Under the pieces are notes generated by a model. The model saw only the letters and a list, made by a program, of their open reading frames with translations, did no database searches and had not been told where the DNA came from. Positions 40,590 to 49,817 of a stretch of DNA of 64,000 bases are shown piece after piece. Source of the stretch: Chloroflexota bacterium (lineage in GTDB: Bacteria > Chloroflexota > Dehalococcoidia > GIF9 > AB-539-J10). A program made the position numbers and the translations under genes. Location of the stretch: contig JAYENW010000001.1 in assembly GCA_034722275.1 (NCBI GenBank), positions 4,418 through 68,417 on the forward strand, written 5' to 3'. Positions within the stretch are counted from its first letter, which is position 1. Every line of letters begins with the position of its first letter.

Positions 40590-41570
40590 TCAGGTATGAA
40601 ATTCAATAATGTCCCTGTCTTGAAGTACATGCCTTTTGCCCACTCTTTGTCCCTCGTATTTACCCGAGCCCCAGATAACGGCGTACTTCAGCTTGGCGCG
40701 AATGTCTTTGTGGATGTCCTCGGCGGCCTCTTCTACAGTGCTGTCTTTCTTCAGTATCATGGGGTCGCTCAGGTCAACTTTGCTTCCGGGACTTTTGGTG
40801 TAAACCCGAATGATGTCCAAGAGTTCAAAAATTGTCTTTTTAAGCTCTTCCAGCCTGTTGCCTTCTTTGGCTGAAATGGAAATCGTGGGAAATATAGTAG
40901 CATACTGGTAATGCAATATATCCCAATTATTATTTGAACCTTCAAGGTCATCCTTGTTCCCCACGATGAGCATTTTCTTGGGGTAGTTTCCTGGCGTTAT
41001 CTCTCCTATGTCTTTTCGCAATGGCTCTATCCTCGCCTCTCCAAGTTCTCGCAGTGTACTTTCTAACTGGCTCAGTGGCTCCCAAGACAAATCTATTACG
41101 ATGGCAATAAGATCAGCACCTCTCAATGTGTTGGACAGCAGGATTCGCATTTCTTTGTATCCTATGGGAGGTGTGTCTACTAATTGAATCTGGATGTCCT
41201 CAAACCTCATCATCCCGGGCAGGGGAGTTTTAGTAGTGAAAGGGTAGGCAGCTATTGTGGTGAGCGCCTCAGTCAATGCTACCAATATCTGTGATTTGCC
41301 GCTGCTGGGAGGGCCTATTAACATTACCTGCCCGGCGCCTTCCCTTTTGATGTAGAATCCTGCCCTTCTGGCTGTGGCATATTTCCTTTCCGCCTCTTGT
41401 GAAAATTTGGCAATCTTCCGTCTCAGTCCAGCGTGGAGCTTGTCAGTGCCTTTGTGTCTGGGCATAATGGCGAGCATGGCTTCCAGCGCCCTGATTTTCT
41501 CCTCGGGGTCCTTAGCTGTACGATAGCGTTTTTCAGCTTCGAAATACTGCGGCGGCAAATTTGCTGGCAT
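40590..41570 (-). CDS. TGS-domain P-loop GTPase of DRG/Rbg1-like type (Obg superfamily)
   Basis: G1 GPPSSGKS, G2 YPFTT, G3 DTPP, G4 NKDD; N-terminal helical region and C-terminal IRVYTKSPG...TGS domain mirror eukaryotic/archaeal DRG. Confidence 0.65.
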   Translation of the reverse strand: MPANLPPQYFEAEKRYRTAKDPEEKIRALEAMLAIMPRHKGTDKLHAGLRRKIAKFSQEAERKYATARRAGFYIKREGAGQVMLIGPPSSGKSQILVALTEALTTIAAYPFTTKTPLPGMMRFEDIQIQLVDTPPIGYKEMRILLSNTLRGADLIAIVIDLSWEPLSQLESTLRELGEARIEPLRKDIGEITPGNYPKKMLIVGNKDDLEGSNNNWDILHYQYATIFPTISISAKEGNRLEELKKTIFELLDIIRVYTKSPGSKVDLSDPMILKKDSTVEEAAEDIHKDIRAKLKYAVIWGSGKYEGQRVGKRHVLQDRDIIEFHT

Positions 41571-41728
41571 ATATTCATTTTAACACTATGCCCTTGAATG
41601 AATCTTTGCTATTATGGAAAGGGTTGGCGGGAATTTTGAGAAAGACAAAAATTAAGCAGACTGAATTTTCTAAAGCCAAGTGACTCCATCCCTGAGAATC
41701 CCTCTGGTTTCGGTAAGATAGCGGTAGA

Positions 41729-43009
41729 ATGAATCCAATACGAGCTACTGATGATGCATGCAAGGAGCCATTTCAGTTTTTTCATTATGGTTGGGTTATT
41801 GTCATCGGCGGTTTTCTTTGCCAGGCGTGCTTTGGTGTCAGTCGGCATTTATACCCCTATGTTCTCCCTACCATGGAAGTTGAACTGAATCTGCTTCATG
41901 AGCAATCGGGGAGTATTGCCTCTGCTTATTTCATTGGCTACGCCATTATGACCTTTGTCTGGGGAATTCTTACGGATAGGATTGGGTCGCGAAGATGCAT
42001 GCTGATGGGGCAGTGCGTTCTCCTTGCTGGTCTAACAGGCATGGGCTTTATAGCAACGCTCATACTCGCCTCTTTGTGTTACTTTCTCTGTGGTGCCGGT
42101 GCCGCTGGATTATTCGTGCCCTTGGCTCCCCTTATCTCACGATGGTTTGGGAAGAAGCGGAGAGGCACTGCACTGGGTATCGCTATGGCTGGAACCGGCC
42201 TAGTAACCTTGGTGCTGAGTTTCATCATCCCGGGGTTGTTGGCCAGTTATTCATGGAGATGGTCTTGGTGGATTGGTGCTGTCTTTGTTCTCGCCATGGT
42301 CATCATATGTTGGTTTTTATTGGTGGATAGTCCTGGAGAAAAACACTTGACTCCCATGGGAATAGATAAAGGAATCCCAGCAGGACAGGATGTGATGGGA
42401 AACTACCAGCAGACAAAGCCCAGAGTGAGCATGAAGCGTATTTTGAAGCGAGGAGTGCTGTGGAACTTGGCTGGAATTTACTTTACGCGTGCCATTGGCT
42501 ATACAATTTTCATGACGTTTGCTGTGCGCTATCTGGAAGAGATTGGGTGGCAAGAAGAACTGGCAGCGGCTGTTTTCGGCGTATGGGGAGCGTTACAAAT
42601 ACCTTCTCCGGTAGTCTGGGGTGTTATCGCCGATCATCTACCTAAGAAATATGCCTTTGCTATAGCATTGGCGCTGGATGCGGGAGGCGTGTTTATTTTC
42701 CTCTCTGGCAGCGCGGTGGGCTGCTATTTGGGAGCAGCTATTATTGGATTTGCCGATGTTGGCGTTCCCACGATAATGGCAGCATCCATGGCGGATTATT
42801 TCGAGCCGGCAATCATCGGCACTGCCTTAGGATTTGTAACCCTCATATTTGGAATCGGGTGTATAGTGGCTCCTAGCATAGGGGGATATCTGGGAGATAT
42901 GACAGGAACGCTACACACTGCTATCATGTTAAGTTTGGGAGCGATTAGCGCCGCACTTATTCTTGCGCTGCTGTTGAAGAAACCATCCACGAAGCCTCTA
43001 TCTCACTGA
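41729..43009 (+). CDS. MFS transporter
   Basis: 426 aa, 12 TM, GILTDRIGSRR motif; convergent with hyuB. Confidence 0.8.
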   Translation: MNPIRATDDACKEPFQFFHYGWVIVIGGFLCQACFGVSRHLYPYVLPTMEVELNLLHEQSGSIASAYFIGYAIMTFVWGILTDRIGSRRCMLMGQCVLLAGLTGMGFIATLILASLCYFLCGAGAAGLFVPLAPLISRWFGKKRRGTALGIAMAGTGLVTLVLSFIIPGLLASYSWRWSWWIGAVFVLAMVIICWFLLVDSPGEKHLTPMGIDKGIPAGQDVMGNYQQTKPRVSMKRILKRGVLWNLAGIYFTRAIGYTIFMTFAVRYLEEIGWQEELAAAVFGVWGALQIPSPVVWGVIADHLPKKYAFAIALALDAGGVFIFLSGSAVGCYLGAAIIGFADVGVPTIMAASMADYFEPAIIGTALGFVTLIFGIGCIVAPSIGGYLGDMTGTLHTAIMLSLGAISAALILALLLKKPSTKPLSH

Positions 43010-43045
43010 GAGCTGGCACTGAATCAGTTTGATAGCAAGACTATT

Positions 43046-44770
43046 TCAAGACTTCTTCAGGGAGTTGCGCAATTTCTCAGTAGCTGCGGCATCCACTTTC
43101 ATGGTCTTGGGGTTGATGATGACACCATAGTCCTCTTTGGCTTTTTCAAGAGTCACATATTCACTGATAACATCGCTCTCCACGAATTCTGGCTCGCGCT
43201 CCAGAGGGTCTCCGTATCCTCCACCGCCGGCGGCATCAATGGTCACTACATCACCCGGTCCAAACTGTGTTAATCCATAGGGATCGCCAGGTTTATCATT
43301 CACCATGAAATGCCCTTTCATACTTGGTTTGCCGCCGAATAGACCTTCGGCGGGATAGCGATATCTTCCTGCCTGGATTCCCAGATTGACCGGCGGAGTG
43401 GGAGCATATTCATCGTCCGGTGCTCTGAATACGACTCGCCTTCCCAATCCTCCCTTCATCTTGCCTGCACCTCCTGAATCAGGAATGAGCTCTCTCCTTT
43501 CTACAATTAACGGAGTGTCACTTTCAAAGATTTCCACTGGTGTGTTAGCGCCATTGGCTGGGAAGATGACATCATAATAGCCATCATACTTGTGGCTGGC
43601 ACCCAAACCGCCACCTCTGATTATCACGCAATGCCAGGGGTTTCCATCATGACGCTTGCCATAAAAAACGTTCATAGCTGCTGGTGTACCACCGCTGCCC
43701 GCTATAACTTGGTTTGGCACCGCTGGAGACAATGCTCGATAAATCATCTCAGTCATGAAATGTCCTATTTGCATTCGAGCAGCAACAGCAGCGGGGAACT
43801 TGCAATTGACCACGGTCCCCTCAGGGGCCTTCAAGGTTATCGGTCGTGCCGCGCCATCATTGTTGGGCAACTCCGGGTCAAAGATACTCTTCATAGCCAT
43901 AAAGACATAGGCATAGGTGAAGTTGTAAACTACATTACCTCCCCAATCCACCTGAGGTGACGATCCAGCGAGGTCAACTATGATATCGCTTCCTTTCACC
44001 TCCACGGCCATTTTGATGTGTATATCTTCTTTTCCTTCGGGTTGTTCAATAATTCCCTCGTAAGGGTAAACGCCATCAGGTACTTTGGCAATGGAGTCCC
44101 TTATGCTTTTTTCCGTGCGCCCGATAATTTCATCGGCCAGGTCATCCAGGGTATCTAGTCCAGTATCTTCCAGCATCTCCGCTATCTTCTGTGCGCACAC
44201 ATGATTGGCTGCGATTTGCGAGCGAATATCACCGATGACCTCATCTGGCGTGCGAACGTTCCAGCGGATCATTTCAAAAACGGCTTCATTCGGGATGCCG
44301 CCGTCATAAAGTTTTACCAACGGAATAAACAAGCCATCTTCAAAGACATCATGATTGTCGGATGCTACTCGTCCACCTATATCTGAGTGGTGGAAGACAC
44401 ACGCTGTAAAAGCTACTACCTTATCCTTATAGAAAATTGGGCTCATTACACAGACGTCGTTGAGATGACCGGCAAGAAGCCAGGGATCGTTGGTGATGAA
44501 AATATCACCTGGCTTGTAACTTTCCAGGGGGAACTTACTAACGATATTCTTGATTCCTATTGCCATCGCCCCAGATTGCCCTGGTGTGGCAAGTGTTCCC
44601 TGGGCTAATTCTCGTCCTTTTTCATCGGTGAACATGCAGGTGTAATCGTGGGCATCACGCGTTAGGCTGGAAAATGCCGTCCGAGCTACAGACGCGTCAG
44701 ACTCATCCACGATGGAAATTAATCTGCGCCAGAGGATCTCCAGTGTTATAGGGTCAAATTTCTGCGTCAT
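43046..44770 (-). CDS. hyuB: Hydantoinase B/oxoprolinase family protein (HyuB/OplB-like)
   Basis: 574 aa, ...KPGDIFITNDPW... Hydantoinase_B family pattern; 2 nt after hyuA. Confidence 0.85.
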   Translation of the reverse strand: MTQKFDPITLEILWRRLISIVDESDASVARTAFSSLTRDAHDYTCMFTDEKGRELAQGTLATPGQSGAMAIGIKNIVSKFPLESYKPGDIFITNDPWLLAGHLNDVCVMSPIFYKDKVVAFTACVFHHSDIGGRVASDNHDVFEDGLFIPLVKLYDGGIPNEAVFEMIRWNVRTPDEVIGDIRSQIAANHVCAQKIAEMLEDTGLDTLDDLADEIIGRTEKSIRDSIAKVPDGVYPYEGIIEQPEGKEDIHIKMAVEVKGSDIIVDLAGSSPQVDWGGNVVYNFTYAYVFMAMKSIFDPELPNNDGAARPITLKAPEGTVVNCKFPAAVAARMQIGHFMTEMIYRALSPAVPNQVIAGSGGTPAAMNVFYGKRHDGNPWHCVIIRGGGLGASHKYDGYYDVIFPANGANTPVEIFESDTPLIVERRELIPDSGGAGKMKGGLGRRVVFRAPDDEYAPTPPVNLGIQAGRYRYPAEGLFGGKPSMKGHFMVNDKPGDPYGLTQFGPGDVVTIDAAGGGGYGDPLEREPEFVESDVISEYVTLEKAKEDYGVIINPKTMKVDAAATEKLRNSLKKS

Positions 44771-44772
44771 AT

Positions 44773-46866
44773 TTATACCTCCTTGAAGCTAATCCATACA
44801 AATCCATATTCGTCTACAGAAATAGAAGTATCTTCCCCGGCGATGACAGTTGATTCTCTTTCCTCGATAATAGCGGGGCCTTCGAATGTTGCTCCCGGGA
44901 AGAGGCTATAACGGTCGTACACAGTATAAGGGATATAGTCTTTGGCAAGTGGTGAATAAGCCGAACGCTGCCCTTTAATTGTATCGTTGAGAGAGGCTGC
45001 TTTCTTTGCGATTTTGGGTAATTGCAGGAGGCGACGCGGGAGGCTAACCCTTACTCTAAAGCTTACAAATTCCACCTGGGACTCGGGATAGGTTCTTCCG
45101 TACAGGTTCTTATATACCTCGTCAAAGCGATTGCGTACCTCTTCCCTTGTTATCTGGGAGAAGTCTTTTCTGGGAATGGAGACGCTGGTTTCCGAGCCTT
45201 GCCCTATGAAGCGCAGATCCAGCGACCTTTCGTATACAATATTTTCCTGGCCTCCAGTCCTTTCCAGAGTTCTGGCACCATCTGCTTCTATTTCCTGGAA
45301 TATTTTCTCGATTTCAGACAAGTCTGCATCTTCAAGACTGACCTTATGGCTTCTCACTAAATCGAAAGCTCTGGGAGCGGTGAAGAAACCCAGGGCTGAC
45401 CCCACACCAGCTATAGGTGGAACGAGAATCTTAGGGGCTCCCAGCTTCTTGGTTAATCCATAGGCGTGAACCGGGCCGGCTCCGCCAAAAGCGGCAATAG
45501 TGACGATCTTTGGGTTCCCTCCTTTTTCGGCGATGTGCGTCTTGGCTGCTGCAGCCATCGTCTCGTTGATGACGTCATGAATACCCCAGGCAGCCTGTGT
45601 GAGCGATACATCCAAGGGTTTGGCGATCTGTTCCTCGATGCCCTGCCTGGCTCCCTCCTTATCGAGCTTCATCTCTCCACCCAGGAAGTAGTTTTCATCC
45701 AGGTAGCCCAATATCAGGTCAGCATCAGTCACTCCAGGGCCTGTGCCGCCTCTGGCATAACAAATGGGGCCGGGGTCAGCTCCAGAGCTTTCCGGGCCTA
45801 CCTGCAGGGTTCCCATTTTGCTTATTTTGGCGATGCTGCCACCGCCAGCTCCAATCTCCATCAAGTCAACCACTGGCACCTGTATAGTGAGCCCACTTCC
45901 CTTCATAAACCTTTGCACACGGCCTACCTCAAAAGTTGGCACCACTCCAGCTACTCCTTTTTGAATCAGACAGGATTTGGCTGTGGTTCCTCCCATGTCA
46001 AAGCAGAAGATGTCTTTAATGTTGAACATTTTGCCATAGTACTGACCGGCAATAACTGCTGCTGTTGGCCCGGATTCAATAACTCTTACCGGGAACTCTT
46101 CAGCAGTCTCGGCTGAGGTAATTCCACCGCTAGCAAGCATAATAAAAAGCTTGCCTGTGGACCCCAGTGACTTTAGGCGATCATCTAGCTTGGCCAAATA
46201 TTTTCCCGTTAATGGTTTAACATAGGCATTGGTCGCTGTCGTGCTCGTTCTTTCGTATTCCCTTATCTGGGGCAGGACTTCATAAGAGATTGAAATGGAC
46301 ATGTCGGGTGCTTCTTTTAAGGTGATGTCCTTAAGCATAAGTTCATGAACAGGGTTCTCATAGGAATTTAAGAGGCAAACTGCTATCGAGTTAACCCCCA
46401 TATCAATTAATTTATGTACGATCTCTTTTGCTTCTTCTGGGTTCAATGGCTTCAGGACCGTGCCATCGCTGCGAAGTCTTTCATTTACTTCCAGGCGAAG
46501 TGGTCTCGGGATAAGTGGTACCGGGTACTCGGAAAAAATGTCATAAGGAGCATATCGTATTTCCCGTCCCAATTCCAGGATATCTCTAAATCCTTTGGTG
46601 GTAATTAAACCTGCTTTGGCCCCTTTCCTTTCGATGATGGCATTGATCACCAGAGTAGTGCCGTGTATCACTTCATCTAATTCCTCAACGAAGCCAGGGG
46701 TCTTCTTGGTTAATGCCACGACTCCTTCTTCCACGGCATCTGAGGGGTCTTTGGGAGTGGTTAAACACTTATGGATTTTTATTTCCCCGGTTTTATCATT
46801 TAGCAAGACGAAATCGGTGAAAGTGCCTCCAATGTCACACCCAAGCCGATAAATTTTATCAGACAT
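44773..46866 (-). CDS. hyuA: Hydantoinase A/oxoprolinase family protein (HyuA/OplA-like)
   Basis: 697 aa, N-terminal YRLGCDIGGTFTDFVL and internal DMGGTTAKS ASKHA motifs; AGGAGG RBS. Confidence 0.85.
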   Translation of the reverse strand: MSDKIYRLGCDIGGTFTDFVLLNDKTGEIKIHKCLTTPKDPSDAVEEGVVALTKKTPGFVEELDEVIHGTTLVINAIIERKGAKAGLITTKGFRDILELGREIRYAPYDIFSEYPVPLIPRPLRLEVNERLRSDGTVLKPLNPEEAKEIVHKLIDMGVNSIAVCLLNSYENPVHELMLKDITLKEAPDMSISISYEVLPQIREYERTSTTATNAYVKPLTGKYLAKLDDRLKSLGSTGKLFIMLASGGITSAETAEEFPVRVIESGPTAAVIAGQYYGKMFNIKDIFCFDMGGTTAKSCLIQKGVAGVVPTFEVGRVQRFMKGSGLTIQVPVVDLMEIGAGGGSIAKISKMGTLQVGPESSGADPGPICYARGGTGPGVTDADLILGYLDENYFLGGEMKLDKEGARQGIEEQIAKPLDVSLTQAAWGIHDVINETMAAAAKTHIAEKGGNPKIVTIAAFGGAGPVHAYGLTKKLGAPKILVPPIAGVGSALGFFTAPRAFDLVRSHKVSLEDADLSEIEKIFQEIEADGARTLERTGGQENIVYERSLDLRFIGQGSETSVSIPRKDFSQITREEVRNRFDEVYKNLYGRTYPESQVEFVSFRVRVSLPRRLLQLPKIAKKAASLNDTIKGQRSAYSPLAKDYIPYTVYDRYSLFPGATFEGPAIIEERESTVIAGEDTSISVDEYGFVWISFKEV

Positions 46867-46960
46867 ATTCGCCTCCTGTTGTTATTGTTTTTTTAGCAAA
46901 GGTAGTAAGTTTACGAATTTTGCCAGGTCTTTGTCAAACACTCTGCGTTCCTCTTCTAGC

Positions 46961-48781
46961 TTAATCATAGATGGTCTTACATTCCAGTAACCTTACTGGT
47001 ATCCTCACCTCCCTTTCTATATCAAGATATACTCTTCCGGTCAGGTCTCTTGCCCAGTTTCCTAAAGTGAAAGGCGATGATGGTATTATTATTAAATCGG
47101 GCTCGGGTTGCCGCTTCAGGTAGTTTTTAATGTGGTCAATGAAGTCTTGAACTACAAGGAGATCACCCATGAATACATTGCCACCGAAATAATTATTCCG
47201 AGGAACCTCAATGTTTATTCTGAGTTCACTTGAGCTGAATAAATGGGATTCTCTGAGACACTGCTCAAACGTCGGCTTCATCAATTCAGAGGAAAGGAAA
47301 AGAATATTCCTGGCCTTCTCTTTGTCTATTATCTCCTTTAGCCTCTCAATGTAACTCAACCTTAGTCCGGTGTCCATGAAGATTACTCCGAGGTGCCGAT
47401 CAAATTCTCTGGAGAAGGGATAGTCGGAGTTATCTAAATCTACTGTCAGGTCAATTTCTTGGCTTTCCCTCTGGACGGTGAAACTAGCTGTTTTTTGCGT
47501 GCTCCTTTGTAACATATAAAGCATGTCTCTGGCTTGTGGTCTTGTCTTTATCTGGATGTTATTTATTCTACTGATAATGTCCCCCCTTTTAAAGCCGCTG
47601 CGAGCGACGGGAGAATTCCTGACTAATCCTATTATTCTCGGTAAGTTCTTGCACTTTTCATACAAATTTTCCTCATACATGCTGGGCATGGCTACAACAG
47701 GACATTCTATTTCTTCCCTCAATTGTCTTATGATGGAAATGCAGGCTTCCCAGACCTCGTCTAGGTCAAAAATTTCTTGAGATGAAAACCATTTGGAATA
47801 GCCGGGGAGATTAACCTCAATGAGATGTGCGCCACAATTATCGGCGTAGATTGCCGTTTTGTGGAAGTCTTGACACATCTCATTTATTGAATCCACAGGC
47901 CAGGGAACGATAACGATGGCATAGGGGATACCTTTGTCCTGTAATAATTTTGGGGCAGAAATAGCGATGTCAGGTTCGTTGTCCCTCATCAAATTTTTGC
48001 GACGCTCAGGAGATGAGCTATTTAAGGAAAGATAGATATATATCGGCTTGAGATTTACCAGCTCGCTTATTGTCTCGGGCGTTAGATTCTTGCCATTGGT
48101 GGTTATTCTTAGCGGGCTTGAAGTTCTTTCCCTCAAAGAGCAGAGAATTTCTCTGAAATGGGGATGAGCTAGGAAATCGTAACTTAGAGGTGGGTTGGGG
48201 AAAAGGCTCATACCTTTATCAGGAGAGAAGTAGCGGAGCCTTGTTTTAATTTCATCGCGTTCATCTTTGGCAGTCCTTTTTGGGTGTCTTAAACCGAGAG
48301 ACGACGGATTCCCCTTATTGTAACAAAAGGCGCAGTCACAATTACACCGAGATGCGGCATATTCCAAGATCTCACTGGGGTCGCAAGCATCAGGAATAAG
48401 CCAATCAGAAAGATTTTTTAATTTGAACCCGTCAACGTGGATGACCTCTCCTTTGCTTTCCAGCTCTACAACGGATAACAGGCCTTCAAGTTGTCTCTTG
48501 ATGAATTCTATTCTTGGTTCATATATAGAAGTGCTATCTGAGAGAGGTGATGAGCAACCTTCTCTAGGATATCTCAGGTCATGTACAGATATCCTGTCTG
48601 AGAGCAGTTTGAACCCATCAGGGTCTGTCTCTCTGTTGTTCTTTGTCAGGATGATGAGGTCTAACAGGTTTTGCAGTTGGTTTCTGACCAGTTCTAAGAG
48701 AGCATCATTGTACGGCTGCTCTTTTTTTTCTTGTAGTTCATAATGGAAGTCATGTTCTCTCATTGAACTAATAAAGCTCAT
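46961..48781 (-). CDS. Radical SAM protein with internal PDZ-like domain (unusual architecture)
   Basis: 606 aa; CNCDCAFC (CX3CX2C) at ~res 148-155; PDZ-like GLVRNSPVARSGFKRGDIISRINNIQI ~res 385-415; extra N- and C-terminal regions. Confidence 0.7.
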   Translation of the reverse strand: MSFISSMREHDFHYELQEKKEQPYNDALLELVRNQLQNLLDLIILTKNNRETDPDGFKLLSDRISVHDLRYPREGCSSPLSDSTSIYEPRIEFIKRQLEGLLSVVELESKGEVIHVDGFKLKNLSDWLIPDACDPSEILEYAASRCNCDCAFCYNKGNPSSLGLRHPKRTAKDERDEIKTRLRYFSPDKGMSLFPNPPLSYDFLAHPHFREILCSLRERTSSPLRITTNGKNLTPETISELVNLKPIYIYLSLNSSSPERRKNLMRDNEPDIAISAPKLLQDKGIPYAIVIVPWPVDSINEMCQDFHKTAIYADNCGAHLIEVNLPGYSKWFSSQEIFDLDEVWEACISIIRQLREEIECPVVAMPSMYEENLYEKCKNLPRIIGLVRNSPVARSGFKRGDIISRINNIQIKTRPQARDMLYMLQRSTQKTASFTVQRESQEIDLTVDLDNSDYPFSREFDRHLGVIFMDTGLRLSYIERLKEIIDKEKARNILFLSSELMKPTFEQCLRESHLFSSSELRINIEVPRNNYFGGNVFMGDLLVVQDFIDHIKNYLKRQPEPDLIIIPSSPFTLGNWARDLTGRVYLDIEREVRIPVRLLECKTIYD

Positions 48782-48793
48782 AAGAAGCTGCGT

Positions 48794-49795
48794 TTAGGTG
48801 GCTAGCAAAGCTTTGCATTTCTCGATCAAGGCAGGTATAGCTTGCTTGTAATCACCAACTAAACCGAAATCAGCTTCCTTGAAAATGTGGGCATCGGGGT
48901 CTTTATTTATGGCTACGATATGCTTTGAACCAGAGCATCCAGCCATATGTTGTACTGCCCCTGAAATGCCCACCGCAATATAGAGATCGGGCCCTACAAT
49001 GCGACCGGTTTGTCCAATTTCCAACGTCATCGGCATCCATCCTTCATCACAGGGGACTCTGGTTACTCCCACGGTGCCGCCAAGTACATGGGCCAATTCC
49101 TGTAGCATTTCAAATCCTTCAGTGCCACCGATGCCTCCACCACCGGATATAATAACTTTGGCATCCTCGAGCTTTATACCCGCGACCTCCTCTTTCACTG
49201 TTTCCACGAGTTTGCCTTTAATCGAGGAGTCTTTTACCTCTACAGTAAAGGACTCAATCTGACCTTTCCTGGAGGTGTCTGGCTCAGCAGGTGCCACTGA
49301 CCTTGGTCTCATGGTAATTATCTGAGGTTGACAGGATTCGGAGGCCCATACTGCCAGAGCATTGCCACCGTAAACTGGCCGTGTTTGCAGCAGCAGTTTG
49401 CTCTCTGAGTCTATAACCAAGTCAACGCAATCCATAGCTGCTGTAGTTTTCAACCTCGCTGCCAGCCTGGGTGCAATATCACGTCCTATGTCAGTCTGAC
49501 CTAAAAGAACGATGGATGGCAGCAATTGATCACAGGCGCCGGTAATCATAGCAACATAGAGATCAGGATGGGAATTGGCAAAGGTGGGGCCATCAATTAT
49601 ATATACTTTGTCAGCACCGAGGGCAATAACTTCCTTGGCTTCTTCTTCGATATTCTTTCCGATAAGTAAGGCCTTCAGTGGTTGTCCCAGGCTATTGCCT
49701 AGTTTCCTGCCCACACTTAATAATTCTCTGGTAATGGCGGCAATCTTTCCATCCACAACCTCCCCACAGATTAATATGCCATTGTATTCAGCCAT
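48794..49795 (-). CDS. etfA: Electron transfer flavoprotein alpha subunit
   Basis: 333 aa, C-terminal FAD domain ...PDLYIAVGISGAVQHMAG... Confidence 0.9.
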   Translation of the reverse strand: MAEYNGILICGEVVDGKIAAITRELLSVGRKLGNSLGQPLKALLIGKNIEEEAKEVIALGADKVYIIDGPTFANSHPDLYVAMITGACDQLLPSIVLLGQTDIGRDIAPRLAARLKTTAAMDCVDLVIDSESKLLLQTRPVYGGNALAVWASESCQPQIITMRPRSVAPAEPDTSRKGQIESFTVEVKDSSIKGKLVETVKEEVAGIKLEDAKVIISGGGGIGGTEGFEMLQELAHVLGGTVGVTRVPCDEGWMPMTLEIGQTGRIVGPDLYIAVGISGAVQHMAGCSGSKHIVAINKDPDAHIFKEADFGLVGDYKQAIPALIEKCKALLAT

Positions 49796-49817
49796 TAAAT
49801 TACCTCCTTAGCGTGAT

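Noticed and set aside
40590-41570. GTPase as the MeaB/ArgK chaperone of the nearby B12 mutase
   Set aside because: MeaB has a GxxGxGKST P-loop within a distinct roughly 330-aa fold and no TGS domain. This protein has DRG-like motifs and a TGS domain, and it lies outside the mutase operon.
45466-46116. 216-aa plus-strand ORF, and similar long ORFs at 8557..8991, 56025..56459 and 12884..13198, antisense to annotated genes
   Set aside because: These lie entirely inside well-supported minus-strand genes (hyuA, rpsK/rpsM, the CoA-transferase, rpsE). They show low-complexity, codon-shadow composition and no recognisable motifs. They are typical antisense artefacts.
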